From positions 2,700-66,699 of the forward strand of contig DITA01000047.1 in assembly GCA_002422665.1 (NCBI GenBank): 64,000 bases of DNA. The letters run 5' to 3'. Origin of the DNA: Flavobacteriales bacterium UBA6196. Lineage in GTDB: Bacteria > Bacteroidota > Bacteroidia > Flavobacteriales > Weeksellaceae. The translations under genes were made by a program, and so were the position numbers. The notes under the pieces are model-generated. The model worked only from the letters and a program-made list of their open reading frames with translations. It was not told the DNA's origin and ran no database searches. Shown in pieces: positions 31,317 through 41,283 of this stretch (positions are counted from its first letter, which is position 1; the number at the start of each line of letters is the position of its first letter).

Positions 31317-31360
31317 CAAATTTATTTATTATTTTCTAAAATTTCCCACTTTTTCCCACT
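31317..31360 (-). promoter_or_regulatory. dcw promoter (TAAATTTG) with two MraZ boxes
   Basis: Minus strand AGTGGGAAAA-AGTGGGAAAT (10-bp period, 31341-31360) upstream of TAAATTTG (31317-31324). Confidence 0.8.
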
Positions 31361-31551
31361 TTTTAACTTAATGTTGATAACTTTTTACCTGTATAGCTTT
31401 ATGTAGCTAACTTGTTGATTAATAAATTGTTAATAAATGAGTGTGATATGAGGGTAGATGTATGCCCAATTGACATACTTTAAATGAAATTAACACAACA
31501 AAAACCGGTCAAAATTCCATTTTTTTTGTATTTTTGCGACAGATACGTTAT

Positions 31552-32313
31552 ATGATTTTTAATACCAAAAAGGAGAAGAAATATACATTTATAGAAAGCG
31601 GAGAAGGTCATCCTATGGTACTTCTACATGGATTGATGGGAGGCTTAAGTAATTTTGATAAAATGATTACTTATTTCTCAGAAAGAGGCTATAAAGTTTA
31701 TGTTCCGCAACTTCCTATTTATGATTTGCCAGTGCTGAATACTAATCTTACCAGCATCGCAAAATATGTAGCAAGATTTATAAAAGATAAAATAGGACAA
31801 CCTGTTACTTTAATAGGGAATTCTATGGGAGGTCATATTGGCCTTATTCTAACATTAGCTAATCCAGAGTTAGTACATTCTTTAGTTTTAACAGGAAGTT
31901 CTGGTTTGTACGAAAAAAGTTTTGGAGAAACTTTCCCAAGAAGAGGGGACAGAGACTACATCAAAAAGAAAACAGAAGAAGTTTTCTTTGATCCGAAAGT
32001 AGCTACAGATGAATTAGTAGACGAGGTTTTCGCGGTGGTAAATGATAGAATGAAAGGCATTAAAACAGTGCTTTTAGCGAAAAGTGCCATCAAACATAAT
32101 ATGTTGCATGATTTGCCAAAAATAAAACAACCAACTTGTATTATTTGGGGAAAACAAGACGGAGTGACTCCACCAGATGTAGCAGAAGAAATGGATAGAC
32201 AAATTCCTAATTCAGATTTGTTCTGGTTAGATGAATGCGGTCACGCTGCGATGATGGAAAAACCAGAAGAATTTAATGAAATTCTTTATAACTGGTTAAA
32301 AGATAAAATTTAG
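31552..32313 (+). CDS. Alpha/beta hydrolase
   Basis: LLHG, GNSMGG nucleophile elbow, WGKQD and CGH motifs; TATTTTTG at 31529-31536; ATG 31552. Confidence 0.9.
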   Translation: MIFNTKKEKKYTFIESGEGHPMVLLHGLMGGLSNFDKMITYFSERGYKVYVPQLPIYDLPVLNTNLTSIAKYVARFIKDKIGQPVTLIGNSMGGHIGLILTLANPELVHSLVLTGSSGLYEKSFGETFPRRGDRDYIKKKTEEVFFDPKVATDELVDEVFAVVNDRMKGIKTVLLAKSAIKHNMLHDLPKIKQPTCIIWGKQDGVTPPDVAEEMDRQIPNSDLFWLDECGHAAMMEKPEEFNEILYNWLKDKI

Positions 32314-32334
32314 AATTAAGAAGAAAAAATAATG

Positions 32335-32361
32335 ATGGAAGTTGAAAAGCTTCCATTTTTT
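32335..32361 (+). terminator. Terminator-like hairpin just upstream of yihA
   Basis: ATGGAAG/CTTCCAT stem followed by T-run. Confidence 0.5.
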
Positions 32362-32365
32362 GAAT

Positions 32366-32986
32366 ATGATAGTAAAGACTGTAAACTTTGTAAAATCTAG
32401 TGGGAAATGGCAAGAGTGCCCAGAACCTACGATTCCTGAATATGCTTTTATTGGCAGAAGTAACGTGGGGAAATCTTCGTTAATCAATGCCATTATGAAC
32501 CATAAAGATTTGGCAAAAACCTCTCAAACTCCAGGTAAAACACAATTGATTAATCATTTTTTGGTGAATGAAAATTGGTATCTTACCGATTTGCCTGGCT
32601 ATGGTTATGCTAAGGTTTCTAAAAGTTTGAGAAGAGATTTTGAAAAACTCATCACCAATTATATTCTGAATAGAAAAAATTTGGTAAACCTTTTTGTTTT
32701 AGTTGATATAAGACATACTCCCCAAAAAATAGATTTAGAATTTATGGAATGGTGCGGAGAAAATGGGGTGCCGTTTTCTATCGTTTTTACGAAGCAAGAT
32801 AAACTAAAACCTGGAGCTGCCGACAGAAATGTAGAAGTATATAAAACCAAACTTCTAGAAACTTGGGAAGATTTACCTGATATTTATATTACTTCAGCCG
32901 AAAAGAAAATGGGTGGTGATGAAATTCTGAAATTTATTGAAAAAACCAATGCTTATTTGGTTAAAAATAAAGTGAAGTTCTCCTAA
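32366..32986 (+). CDS. yihA: Ribosome biogenesis GTPase YihA/EngB
   Basis: [20 protein letters not shown] and TKQDK motifs; ATG 32366. Confidence 0.95.
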   Translation: MIVKTVNFVKSSGKWQECPEPTIPEYAFIGRSNVGKSSLINAIMNHKDLAKTSQTPGKTQLINHFLVNENWYLTDLPGYGYAKVSKSLRRDFEKLITNYILNRKNLVNLFVLVDIRHTPQKIDLEFMEWCGENGVPFSIVFTKQDKLKPGAADRNVEVYKTKLLETWEDLPDIYITSAEKKMGGDEILKFIEKTNAYLVKNKVKFS

Positions 32987-33019
32987 AAAACTTTTTTAAG
33001 CTTAAAGATTTCTATTAAA

Positions 33020-33469
33020 ATGAAAGACATTATCTGGAAAATAAAATCATTCGAAGAGTTATCTATTCATGAATTGTATGAAATTTTGAAAGTGAGACAA
33101 GAGGTTTTCGTGGTAGAGCAAACTTGTTATTATTTAGATGCAGATGGTTATGACCAGAAAGCGCTTCATCTTTTTGCAGAAAAAGAAGGGAAAGTGGTTG
33201 CGTATTGCAGAATTTTCCCAAAAGGCGTAAAATATCCAGAAGCTTCCATCGGAAGAGTTCTTACCCATCCTGATTTTAGAAATTTAAAATTAGGAAAAAC
33301 TCTTATCAAATTTGCTTTAGAAACGATAAAAACCAGATTTAGCACCACTGAATGTAGAATTTCTGCACAAGATTACCTCATTAAATTTTACAGTGATTTT
33401 GGGTTTCAAGACACAGGAAAAAAATATCTGGAAGATGATATTCCACATACAGAAATGGCGAGAAAATAA
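33020..33469 (+). CDS. ElaA-like GNAT acetyltransferase
   Basis: RQEVFVVEQ, SIGRV, ISAQ and YLEDDIPH motifs. Confidence 0.9.
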   Translation: MKDIIWKIKSFEELSIHELYEILKVRQEVFVVEQTCYYLDADGYDQKALHLFAEKEGKVVAYCRIFPKGVKYPEASIGRVLTHPDFRNLKLGKTLIKFALETIKTRFSTTECRISAQDYLIKFYSDFGFQDTGKKYLEDDIPHTEMARK

Positions 33470-33481
33470 TTTCTCGCCATT
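33453..33481. terminator. Hairpin overlapping the ElaA-like stop codon
   Basis: AATGGCGAGAAA/TTTCTCGCCATT. Confidence 0.65.
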
Positions 33482-33540
33482 CATGTTTTCGCTTGTGTTT
33501 TCTACTTTATTTAGATATATAAAGCCAAGGGTAAATACGG

Positions 33541-33684
33541 ATAAAATAAATGGTGAGATTTCTCCCACCATTTCCCCGTTTAAAACTTACTCTACTCTCA
33601 ATGCAAATGTGTTGTTATATAAAAAGTTATTAGTTTAAAAATAAAATTTTGCATTTATTAAAAAGAGTATGTAGAAGATTACTT
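33541..33684 (-). ncRNA. Candidate ~140-nt structured small RNA, possibly carrying an 18-aa ORF at 33598-33654
   Basis: TACATTTG promoter (33688-33695); stems AATGCAAA/TTTGCATT and TACTCT/AGAGTA; terminator AAAUGGUGGGA-GAAA-UCUCACCAUUU-AUUUUAU whose G-U pair and GNRA loop work only on the minus strand. Confidence 0.55.
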
Positions 33685-33715
33685 CTGCAAATGTAGACTG
33701 ATAAAAATTTGTTTC

Positions 33716-33733
33716 ATTACGGTTTTCCGTAAT
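33716..33733. promoter_or_regulatory. Palindromic operator, candidate response-regulator binding site
   Basis: ATTACGG-TTTT-CCGTAAT, 20 nt upstream of TACATTTG and ~95 nt downstream of the regulator gene. Confidence 0.65.
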
Positions 33734-33828
33734 TTAATATCAAAAATTGTTTCTAATTTGCAAAGTTTTATAACTCGTGTCGAGTTTTTTAATTTTCCCA
33801 AAGTTGATTTTTAAAAAAAAAAACTTCT

Positions 33829-34494
33829 TTAAATAATCCCCAAATCCTTACAAAGTACCACCATTTCCGTGTTATTTTTGGCGCTTAAAATTTCGCGGAG
33901 TTCACTTAATCTCTTTTCTATAGAACTTCTGCTGTCTGGTTTTATATTGGTGTTTTTAAAATGGTCTTCTATTTCTTGTTGACGCCAACCTTTAGCCAAA
34001 AGTTCAACCAAATACACATCATAATTGGTAAATTCAAATGAGTTATTTCTGATGGAATTAATGATTTCCTGAGGAATCACAATTTTGTTCTCAAAAACTT
34101 TTTTGATGGCACTTTTCAGTTCTTTACCATCATTTCTGCCTTTGCTTACAAAACCATTGATGTGATGTTTCTTGAAAAGTTCATCAATAATAGAAGGTTT
34201 TTTCTCGATAGAAAAAGCGATGATTTTAATATTGGGTTGCAATTGTCTCACTTCTGCGATGAGTTCTTGTCCAGAAGTCAATTTTTGTTCCCGGAAATCG
34301 GTGTCAAAAGATAAATCCGTAATGAGTAAATCGTAAGGATTTTCTTCTGAAATGGCAGTTTTTAGTTTAGAAACGGCATCATCACAATAACTTACAAACT
34401 CATAATCGGTGATTTGCAATTCTTCTAGAGTTTTGATGACTCCTAGATTTCTGATTTCGTGGTCTTCGGCTATTAGTACTTTATTAAACATCAT
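33829..34494 (-). CDS. Response regulator (REC plus NarL/LuxR-like HTH)
   Basis: IAEDH, LITDLSF (phospho-Asp) and FVSK motifs; C-terminal HTH-like region. Confidence 0.9.
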   Translation of the reverse strand: MMFNKVLIAEDHEIRNLGVIKTLEELQITDYEFVSYCDDAVSKLKTAISEENPYDLLITDLSFDTDFREQKLTSGQELIAEVRQLQPNIKIIAFSIEKKPSIIDELFKKHHINGFVSKGRNDGKELKSAIKKVFENKIVIPQEIINSIRNNSFEFTNYDVYLVELLAKGWRQQEIEDHFKNTNIKPDSRSSIEKRLSELREILSAKNNTEMVVLCKDLGII

Positions 34495-34496
34495 TT

Positions 34497-36140
34497 TTAA
34501 TGAATTGGAATAGATATATTTACTTGTAATCCTTTTTGTAGATTTTTTTCAAAATTAATATCTCCGCCAATGTTCTCAATACGGTTTTCCGTATTTTTGA
34601 TTCCAGAAAGTTTTTTATTTTCTGCATTGCCCATTCCAAGGCCATTATCGGTGTATTTTATTTTTAAAATATTTTCAATTTTTTCAAATTTTACCGAAAC
34701 TAATGTCGCTTGACTGTGTTTTTTCATGTTAATCATGAGTTCTCTAAGCGCATAGAAAATTTCTGATTGTATATTCTGAGAAACATTTTGCCAAATATTC
34801 TGCTCGTTTCCTATGACTAAAACTTTTTGCTGAAGTGAAGAATATGAAGAAATCATTTCAAAAAGCTTAGCCGAAAATTCCTTTTCTATTTGTTCATTAA
34901 GGTCTTCATGAGCAATGTCTCTTGATTCTTCATACATTTTTTCGAGTTTGTCAAGGAGTTTTTCTTTGTCTAGCTCTTCTTGATTTTCTACTTCTACCAT
35001 GGTTTGGTATAAACCATTGGCTACTATATCATGTACTTTTTTAGAATATTTTATTTGGGTATTTTTTACTTCGATTTCTTTTTCTTGTTCCAGTCTTTTT
35101 TTCCTTCTTAAATACCAAAATAAACCTACCAATAAACCAGTGACGAGAAATGCAATCGCCACTTTTTGTCTAAAAATGTGATTCTCTTTTTCTATATTTT
35201 CTGTTTTTGCTTTTTCGGTTTCATAGCGAATCAGTGCAAATTGGTTTCTGGCTTTTGCTCTAGCTGTTTGCAAACTGTCATTCAGTTTTTGATATTCGAA
35301 AAAAAAATTTTTTGAGTTTTCTGATTTTTCTAAAGCGATTAATTTTTCTAGTGCTTCTAATCTATCATCAGGATTTTCTATTTTTAATGCAACTTCGTAC
35401 ATTTTTTTAGCATAAAAAATAGATTTTAGAGGATTTATTTCTTTATAATAGTCTGCTAAAGTTCCATAGCTGGAATTAAGTCCCCAATAATCTTTTAAAA
35501 TCGTTCTAATGAGTAAAGCTTTTTGAAAATAAGGCAAAACTTTGGTGTTTTTGTTTTCTAGGTACAAGCATCTTCCCCAATTGTTTAAAGCTCTTGCGTA
35601 ACTTAAGCTATCTTGGGTTTTCAATGCTTTTTTATAATATGTTTTTGCACTCTGGTAATTTTTTTGATCTAAAAAATTATTTGCAATATTATTATAAAAT
35701 ATGAGCTTAGATAAAGAATTATTAGATTGATTAAGAGCTAAGAAATAATATTTTTCTGATTTTTTGTAATCCTTTAATTCAACATGTGCCAGTGCAAGAT
35801 TATTGTAATTAGATGACTTAATCTCTCTTGTAATCTCGTCATTCTTTTTGAGATATTTTTCCGCTTCTAATGAAGTTTCAATTCCTCCAAAATTATCACC
35901 TTTTTCTGTTTGGATAATGGCCATATTGACAAGACATTTAGCTACAAAGATGGAATCCTTTTTTTTCAAAAAATCATCTTTTGCTAATGCATAATAAATA
36001 TAAGCAGAGTCTTTTTCGCCAGCATCTCTCAAGTCTGTGGCTTTTAAATATGTTTTATTTTTTGCAGAATCAGATTCTACAGTGTTTTTAATGCAGGAAA
36101 ATATAATGGTTAAAAATAAAAGTGGAATTAGTTTTTTCAA
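34497..36140 (-). CDS. TPR-containing sensor histidine kinase (HisKA_3-type)
   Basis: Lipobox-like IFSC, TPR repeats, TM, VHDIVAN H-box, ELMINMKKHS N-box, DNGLG; TTG start. Confidence 0.9.
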   Translation of the reverse strand: MKKLIPLLFLTIIFSCIKNTVESDSAKNKTYLKATDLRDAGEKDSAYIYYALAKDDFLKKKDSIFVAKCLVNMAIIQTEKGDNFGGIETSLEAEKYLKKNDEITREIKSSNYNNLALAHVELKDYKKSEKYYFLALNQSNNSLSKLIFYNNIANNFLDQKNYQSAKTYYKKALKTQDSLSYARALNNWGRCLYLENKNTKVLPYFQKALLIRTILKDYWGLNSSYGTLADYYKEINPLKSIFYAKKMYEVALKIENPDDRLEALEKLIALEKSENSKNFFFEYQKLNDSLQTARAKARNQFALIRYETEKAKTENIEKENHIFRQKVAIAFLVTGLLVGLFWYLRRKKRLEQEKEIEVKNTQIKYSKKVHDIVANGLYQTMVEVENQEELDKEKLLDKLEKMYEESRDIAHEDLNEQIEKEFSAKLFEMISSYSSLQQKVLVIGNEQNIWQNVSQNIQSEIFYALRELMINMKKHSQATLVSVKFEKIENILKIKYTDNGLGMGNAENKKLSGIKNTENRIENIGGDINFEKNLQKGLQVNISIPIH

Positions 36141-36165
36141 CGGGAAAATTTTTACTCTAAATTAC

Positions 36166-36194
36166 AAAAAAAGAGCAGACTTTTTAGTCTGCTC
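36166..36194 (-). terminator. msrA terminator
   Basis: GAGCAGACT/AGTCTGCTC stem with minus-strand U-tract. Confidence 0.8.
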
Positions 36195-36216
36195 AAAAGT
36201 TAAATTTTTCAATTCT

Positions 36217-36855
36217 TTATTTCAATAACCCAAGTTCGCCGAAATGTTTTTTGAATTTGGCTACTTTTGGACCTACTACAGCGCTGCAATATGGCTGATT
36301 AGGATTGATTTCAAAATAATTTTGGTGATATTTTTCTGCGCCCCAGAATTTTTCAAAAGGAACGATTTGAGTAACATATTTTCCGTTCCATTTTCCAGAT
36401 TTTTCTGAATTTTCCATAGAAACTTGTGCTTCTTCTTTTTGTTTTTCAGAATGATAGAAAATTACGGAACGGTATTGTGTGCCGATGTCTTCACCCTGTC
36501 TGTTTAATTGTGTAGGATCGTGCAGGAACCAAAAAGATTCTAACAATTGCGAAAAAGAAATGACAGAAGGATCAAAGGCGATTTGTACCACTTCTGCATG
36601 ACCTGTTTCTCCTGTGCAAACTTCTTCGTAAGTAGGATTTTCTTTATGACCACCAGAATAGCCAGATGTTACAGATTCTACACCTTTCAGCATATCAAAA
36701 CATGCTTCTACACACCAAAAACAACCGCCACCAAACGTAGCATATTCTAGATTTTTGTTTTCCATTTTAAGATTTTTTTTCTTTGAAACTTTGTTTTCTT
36801 GTCCGTTACAAGAAATCAGTAAAATACTCATCAAAAATATAAAAAACTTTTTCAT
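36217..36855 (-). CDS. msrA: Peptide-methionine (S)-S-oxide reductase, lipoprotein
   Basis: GGCFWC, GHAEVVQ and GTQYRS motifs; lipobox LISC. Confidence 0.95.
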   Translation of the reverse strand: MKKFFIFLMSILLISCNGQENKVSKKKNLKMENKNLEYATFGGGCFWCVEACFDMLKGVESVTSGYSGGHKENPTYEEVCTGETGHAEVVQIAFDPSVISFSQLLESFWFLHDPTQLNRQGEDIGTQYRSVIFYHSEKQKEEAQVSMENSEKSGKWNGKYVTQIVPFEKFWGAEKYHQNYFEINPNQPYCSAVVGPKVAKFKKHFGELGLLK

Positions 36856-36897
36856 TTAGAAATAACGTTGTTGTTTTAATTTTTATTTTAATAATAG

Positions 36898-37425
36898 TTA
36901 AAATCTTTTGCCAATTCCTAATATTCCTGTGGTGTTTACTTTATTTTCGCCTCCAAAATTTCTACCTAATCCTGTTCCGATTTCTAAGACAATGTCATTT
37001 TTCACCACCCATTTTCCTCCGAATTTAAATCCGACTCCAAAATTGGTTTCTTTTTCTGTAGTATACATCGTGTATCCTCCATATTGAGAAGAAACATAAT
37101 AAGATTTTTCTACATCTCCACTGTTGATGCTGCAATATCCACCAATATAAAAACCATTGGCTCTTTTTTTACCAAAATAATAATTATAATAAGGTGTTAT
37201 ACTGAACCCATTATTATCTTCTATTATATAGTCATCAAGAAGAAAAGAAGTGGTAACTCCAATTCCTGAATTTTCTGAAATAATTCTTTCGTATTCTACA
37301 TTTACAGCTCCTAAAACTAATGCAACAGGATTTATCACAATGTCATTTGATTTTAAAGGTGTAGAATTTTGAGAAAATGTAAACGTGCTAACAGCTAGAG
37401 TAAAAATTGTAATCAGTTTTTTCAT
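36898..37425 (-). CDS. Outer-membrane beta-barrel protein (DUF3575-like)
   Basis: Signal peptide, amphipathic strands, terminal IGKRF. Confidence 0.75.
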   Translation of the reverse strand: MKKLITIFTLAVSTFTFSQNSTPLKSNDIVINPVALVLGAVNVEYERIISENSGIGVTTSFLLDDYIIEDNNGFSITPYYNYYFGKKRANGFYIGGYCSINSGDVEKSYYVSSQYGGYTMYTTEKETNFGVGFKFGGKWVVKNDIVLEIGTGLGRNFGGENKVNTTGILGIGKRF

Positions 37426-37493
37426 TGTATCATTTTTAATTAGTGCTAAAGTATTAAAATTTTTCTCAGAAAATCTTGATTGTAATCAATTTC

Positions 37494-37525
37494 AAAAAAA
37501 AACCGAAGAATTTCTTCGGTTTTTT
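37494..37525. terminator. secA terminator
   Basis: AACCGAAGA/TCTTCGGTT stem with A/T tracts. Confidence 0.85.
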
Positions 37526-37547
37526 ATAAATATAAGGATTTTAAGTC

Positions 37548-40500
37548 TTAAGAAGTAGGAATTTCTCCTTTGAATAAGAAAGAAATAATTTCTTTGTTTA
37601 CTTTATCCATCATTTCGCTGAACAAATGGAAAGATTCTTGTTTGTAAATTACCAATGGGTCTTTTTGCTCATAAACTGCACCTTGTGAAGATTTACGTAA
37701 ATCATCCATTTCTTTAAGGTGATGTTTCCAGTTTTCGTCTATAATGGTTAAACAGATATTCTTCTCGAAATCATTAATCATAGATTCGCATTGTGTTTCA
37801 TAAGCTTGCTTAAGATCAGTAACGATGGTAAGCGTTTTGGCTCCGTCAGAGAAAGGAACTTGTACGTTTTTGAACATGTGACCTTGCTGTTTAAACACAT
37901 TTTCTATGATTGGGAATGAGTTTTCTTTCAATAAAACCAATCTGTTTTTGTAATCTTCTTCTGCTTTTTTGAAAACGATATCTGTGATTTCTCTTTCAGT
38001 TTTTGCTTTGAATTCAGCTTCAGTAAGTGGAGCTTCCATCGTGAAGAATTTGATGATTTCGTATTCAAATTCTTTGAATTGGTTGCCACCTTTTGTATTG
38101 CTTACGATAGATGCAGCTACATCATAAATGGTATTAATGATATCATATTTTAAATGGTCGCCAAACAATGCATTTTTTCTACGTTTGTAGATTACATCAC
38201 GTTGTTTGTTCATTACATCATCATATTCTAGCAATCTTTTTCTGATACCGAAGTTGTTTTCTTCTACTTTTTTCTGAGCTCTTTCGATAGATTTGGTAAT
38301 CATAGAGTGCTGAATTACTTCGCCTTCTTTGTGTCCCATTTTATCCATCATTTTTGCGATTCTTTCAGAACCGAAAAGTCTCATTAAGTTATCTTCCAGA
38401 GAAACGTAGAATTGCGAACTTCCTGGGTCTCCTTGTCTACCAGCTCTACCTCTTAACTGTCTGTCTACACGTCTAGAATCGTGTCTTTCTGTACCGATGA
38501 TGGCAAGACCTCCGTTTGCTTTTACGTCTCCTTGAAGTTTAATATCGGTACCACGACCAGCCATGTTGGTAGCAATGGTTACTACACCAGCTCTACCAGC
38601 TTCAGCTACGATGTCTGCTTCTTTTTTGTGCAATTTCGCATTCAATACATTATGCGGAATTTTTCTTAATTGAAGTGCTTTTGACAAGAACTGAGATATT
38701 TCTACAGAAGTTGTACCAACGAGTATTGGTCTTCCTGCTGCAGTAAGTCTTTCGATTTCTTCAATTACTGCATTGAATTTTTCTCTGTTGGTTTTATAAA
38801 CTAAATCTTGTCTATCATCTCTGATGATTGGTCTGTTGGTAGGAATTACAACTACGTCTAATTTATAAATTTGCCAGAATTCGCCTGCTTCCGTTTCTGC
38901 AGTACCTGTCATCCCAGCTAATTTATTATACATTCTGAAGTAGTTCTGTAACGTAATGGTAGCGAAAGTTTGAGTAGCAGCTTCGATTTTTACATTTTCT
39001 TTCGCTTCAATCGCTTGGTGAAGTCCGTCTGAATAACGTCTTCCTTCCATGATACGTCCAGTTTGCTCGTCTACAATTTTTACTTCGCCATCTATTACTA
39101 CATATTCATCATCTTTTTCAAATAATGTATATGCTTTTAATAACTGGCTTAACGTGTGAATTCTTTCAGATTTTACAGCATAATTTCTGAAAAGCTCTTC
39201 TTTTTGAGCAAATTCTTCTTCTTTAGTAAGATTTTTTGCCTCTAGTTCAGCAATCAAGGTTCCGATATCTTCTAAAACAAAGAAATTGGCATCTTGGTTC
39301 CCTTGAGACATATATTCTACACCTTTGTCTGTAAGGTCTATTTGATTATTTTTCTCGTCGATTACAAAATAAAGGTCTTTGTCTACAATACGCATTCTCT
39401 TGCTATTGTCTTGCATGTATTCCCCTTCTGTTTTTTGTAAAAGCACTCTTATTCCTTCTTCTGAAAGGAATTTGATGAGGTGTTTGTTTTTAGGCAAACC
39501 TCTGTAAGCTTGCAAAAGTTTAAAACCACCGTCTGTTTTATTCCCTGCTGCGATTAATTTCTTTGCTTCGGTTAATAAATTAGAAACGATTTGTTTCTGA
39601 ACGGCTACAATTCTGTCTACAGATGGTTTTAACACATCGAATTCTTGTCTGTCACCTTGAGGAATCGGTCCAGAAATAATGAGTGGAGTTCTAGCATCAT
39701 CGATTAATACTGAGTCTACTTCGTCTACAATTGCAAAGTTTAATTCACCTTGAACTAATTCTTCAGGCGAAGAAACCATGTTGTCTCTTAAATAGTCAAA
39801 ACCGAACTCATTATTGGTTCCATAAGTGATATCTGCTTGATAAGCTTTTCTTCTTGCATCAGTATTCGGTTGATGTAAATCGATACAATCGATGCTTAAA
39901 CCGTGGAACTGATAAATTGGACCCATCCAAGCCGAGTCTCTTTTTGCCAAGTAATCATTCACAGTAACTACGTGAACACCACGACCAGGAAGTGCATTTA
40001 AGTAAATAGGTAGCGTTCCTACTAACGTTTTACCTTCACCAGTTGCCATTTCTGCGATTCTACCACTGTGAAGTGCAACCCCACCGATAAATTGGGTGTC
40101 ATAGTGAACCATGTCCCAAACTACTTCTTTACCAGCAGCATCCCATTTATTTTTCCAGAAAGCTTTGTCTCCTTTAATTTCTACAAAATCTTTAGCAGCA
40201 GCTAATTCTTGGTCATGCTCAGTTGCTGTAACGGTAAGTCCACCATTTTGAGCCAATCTTCTTGCTGTTTCTTTGATAACCGCAAAAGCTTCTGGAAGAA
40301 TATCGTTCAAAACTTTTTCTTCAATTTGATAAGAATCCTTTTTCAGCGTTTCAATTTGCCCAAAAAGTTTTTCTTTTTCGTCTACGTCAGAAGATTTTGC
40401 AATTTGCTCATGAACTTCTACTACCTGATTGGTAATGTGTTCTGTAGCTGCATCAATTTTATCTTTGAATTCTTGAGTTTTTGCTCTCAATTCATCATCC

Positions 40501-40622
40501 GAAAGCTCGGCAATTGCTGGCTCTACTTTCTTAATTTTGTCTACAACTTTTTTGATTTCTTTGAGGTCTTTAGCGTTTTTGTCGCCTAAGAATCCTTGAA
40601 GAACTTTATTTAAAAAACTCAT
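37548..40622 (-). CDS. secA: Preprotein translocase SecA
   Basis: [23 protein letters not shown] and [10 protein letters not shown] motifs. Confidence 0.98.
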   Translation of the reverse strand: MSFLNKVLQGFLGDKNAKDLKEIKKVVDKIKKVEPAIAELSDDELRAKTQEFKDKIDAATEHITNQVVEVHEQIAKSSDVDEKEKLFGQIETLKKDSYQIEEKVLNDILPEAFAVIKETARRLAQNGGLTVTATEHDQELAAAKDFVEIKGDKAFWKNKWDAAGKEVVWDMVHYDTQFIGGVALHSGRIAEMATGEGKTLVGTLPIYLNALPGRGVHVVTVNDYLAKRDSAWMGPIYQFHGLSIDCIDLHQPNTDARRKAYQADITYGTNNEFGFDYLRDNMVSSPEELVQGELNFAIVDEVDSVLIDDARTPLIISGPIPQGDRQEFDVLKPSVDRIVAVQKQIVSNLLTEAKKLIAAGNKTDGGFKLLQAYRGLPKNKHLIKFLSEEGIRVLLQKTEGEYMQDNSKRMRIVDKDLYFVIDEKNNQIDLTDKGVEYMSQGNQDANFFVLEDIGTLIAELEAKNLTKEEEFAQKEELFRNYAVKSERIHTLSQLLKAYTLFEKDDEYVVIDGEVKIVDEQTGRIMEGRRYSDGLHQAIEAKENVKIEAATQTFATITLQNYFRMYNKLAGMTGTAETEAGEFWQIYKLDVVVIPTNRPIIRDDRQDLVYKTNREKFNAVIEEIERLTAAGRPILVGTTSVEISQFLSKALQLRKIPHNVLNAKLHKKEADIVAEAGRAGVVTIATNMAGRGTDIKLQGDVKANGGLAIIGTERHDSRRVDRQLRGRAGRQGDPGSSQFYVSLEDNLMRLFGSERIAKMMDKMGHKEGEVIQHSMITKSIERAQKKVEENNFGIRKRLLEYDDVMNKQRDVIYKRRKNALFGDHLKYDIINTIYDVAASIVSNTKGGNQFKEFEYEIIKFFTMEAPLTEAEFKAKTEREITDIVFKKAEEDYKNRLVLLKENSFPIIENVFKQQGHMFKNVQVPFSDGAKTLTIVTDLKQAYETQCESMINDFEKNICLTIIDENWKHHLKEMDDLRKSSQGAVYEQKDPLVIYKQESFHLFSEMMDKVNKEIISFLFKGEIPTS

Positions 40623-40694
40623 AATAATTGCTTTTGGCTAGTAGCAAAATGCTTCAGCCATATTAACGTTAAATTTATAAAAATTCAAAAAAAA

Positions 40695-40724
40695 GCCGAT
40701 TGCCGATTGCCGACAGCCGACTGC
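40695..40724. repeat. Tandem heptamer array GCCGAnn x4
   Basis: GCCGATT GCCGATT GCCGACA GCCGACT GC. Confidence 0.8.
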
Positions 40725-40729
40725 ATTTT

Positions 40730-40951
40730 TTAGTATTCGTCTTCGTTCCAGAGGAAGTCTTCGTCTGTAGGATAATCACTCCAGACTTCTTCTATGCTTT
40801 CATAGATTTCTCCTTCGTCTTCAATGGCTTGAAGATTTTCTACTACTTCCATTGGTGCACCTGTTCTAATAGCATAATCGATAAGCTCTGCTTTAGTCAT
40901 CGGCCAAGGTGCGTCGCTTAAATATGAAGCTAATTCTAATGTCCAATACAT
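40730..40951 (-). CDS. DUF2795-family small acidic protein
   Basis: MYWTLELASYLSDAPWP..K.ELIDYAIRTGAP; upstream TACTTTTG promoter. Confidence 0.88.
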   Translation of the reverse strand: MYWTLELASYLSDAPWPMTKAELIDYAIRTGAPMEVVENLQAIEDEGEIYESIEEVWSDYPTDEDFLWNEDEY

Positions 40952-41071
40952 AATATTTAAATTTTTTGCAAAAGTATAAAATTAGGTGAGATTTCAAAAT
41001 TTTTCTATCTGATTTTCAACAGATTTATAAAATCTAAACTTAATTTTTAATAATGTTCTAATATAATTGTT

Positions 41072-41283
41072 TTATCTGTTTCTCAAAAACCATTCCACAA
41101 AAATTTTTATGCCATTTTGGTATTTTGTTTTGGGTGAATAGTGAAATTAGTTATCGCTTTGACTTAAAAATTTAAGGAAATATAAAGCTTTTATTCAAAA
41201 ATGACAAAATGTCCATCTTTCAACAAATGTTCTACTAAATGTGAACCAATAAATCCAGAACCGCCTGTTACTAAATAATTCAT
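41072..41283 (-). pseudogene. Internally deleted NAD-dependent epimerase/dehydratase remnant
   Basis: 41283-41191 reads [30 protein letters not shown]; ~41140-41072 reads YSPKTKYQNGIKIFVEWFLRNR*, a typical C-terminus. Confidence 0.85.

Noticed and set aside
33317-33638. 84-aa (minus) and 81-aa (plus) ORFs downstream of the response regulator
   Set aside because: Both overlap the ElaA-like gene; the minus ORF starts inside the terminator hairpin; no recognisable features
33753-33790. Divergent plus-strand promoter and terminator on the other side of the palindrome
   Set aside because: CTAATTTG misses the TAnnTTTG consensus and the product would be only ~25 nt
40700-40921. 73-aa plus-strand ORF
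   Set aside because: Antisense to DUF2795 and starts in the heptamer repeat
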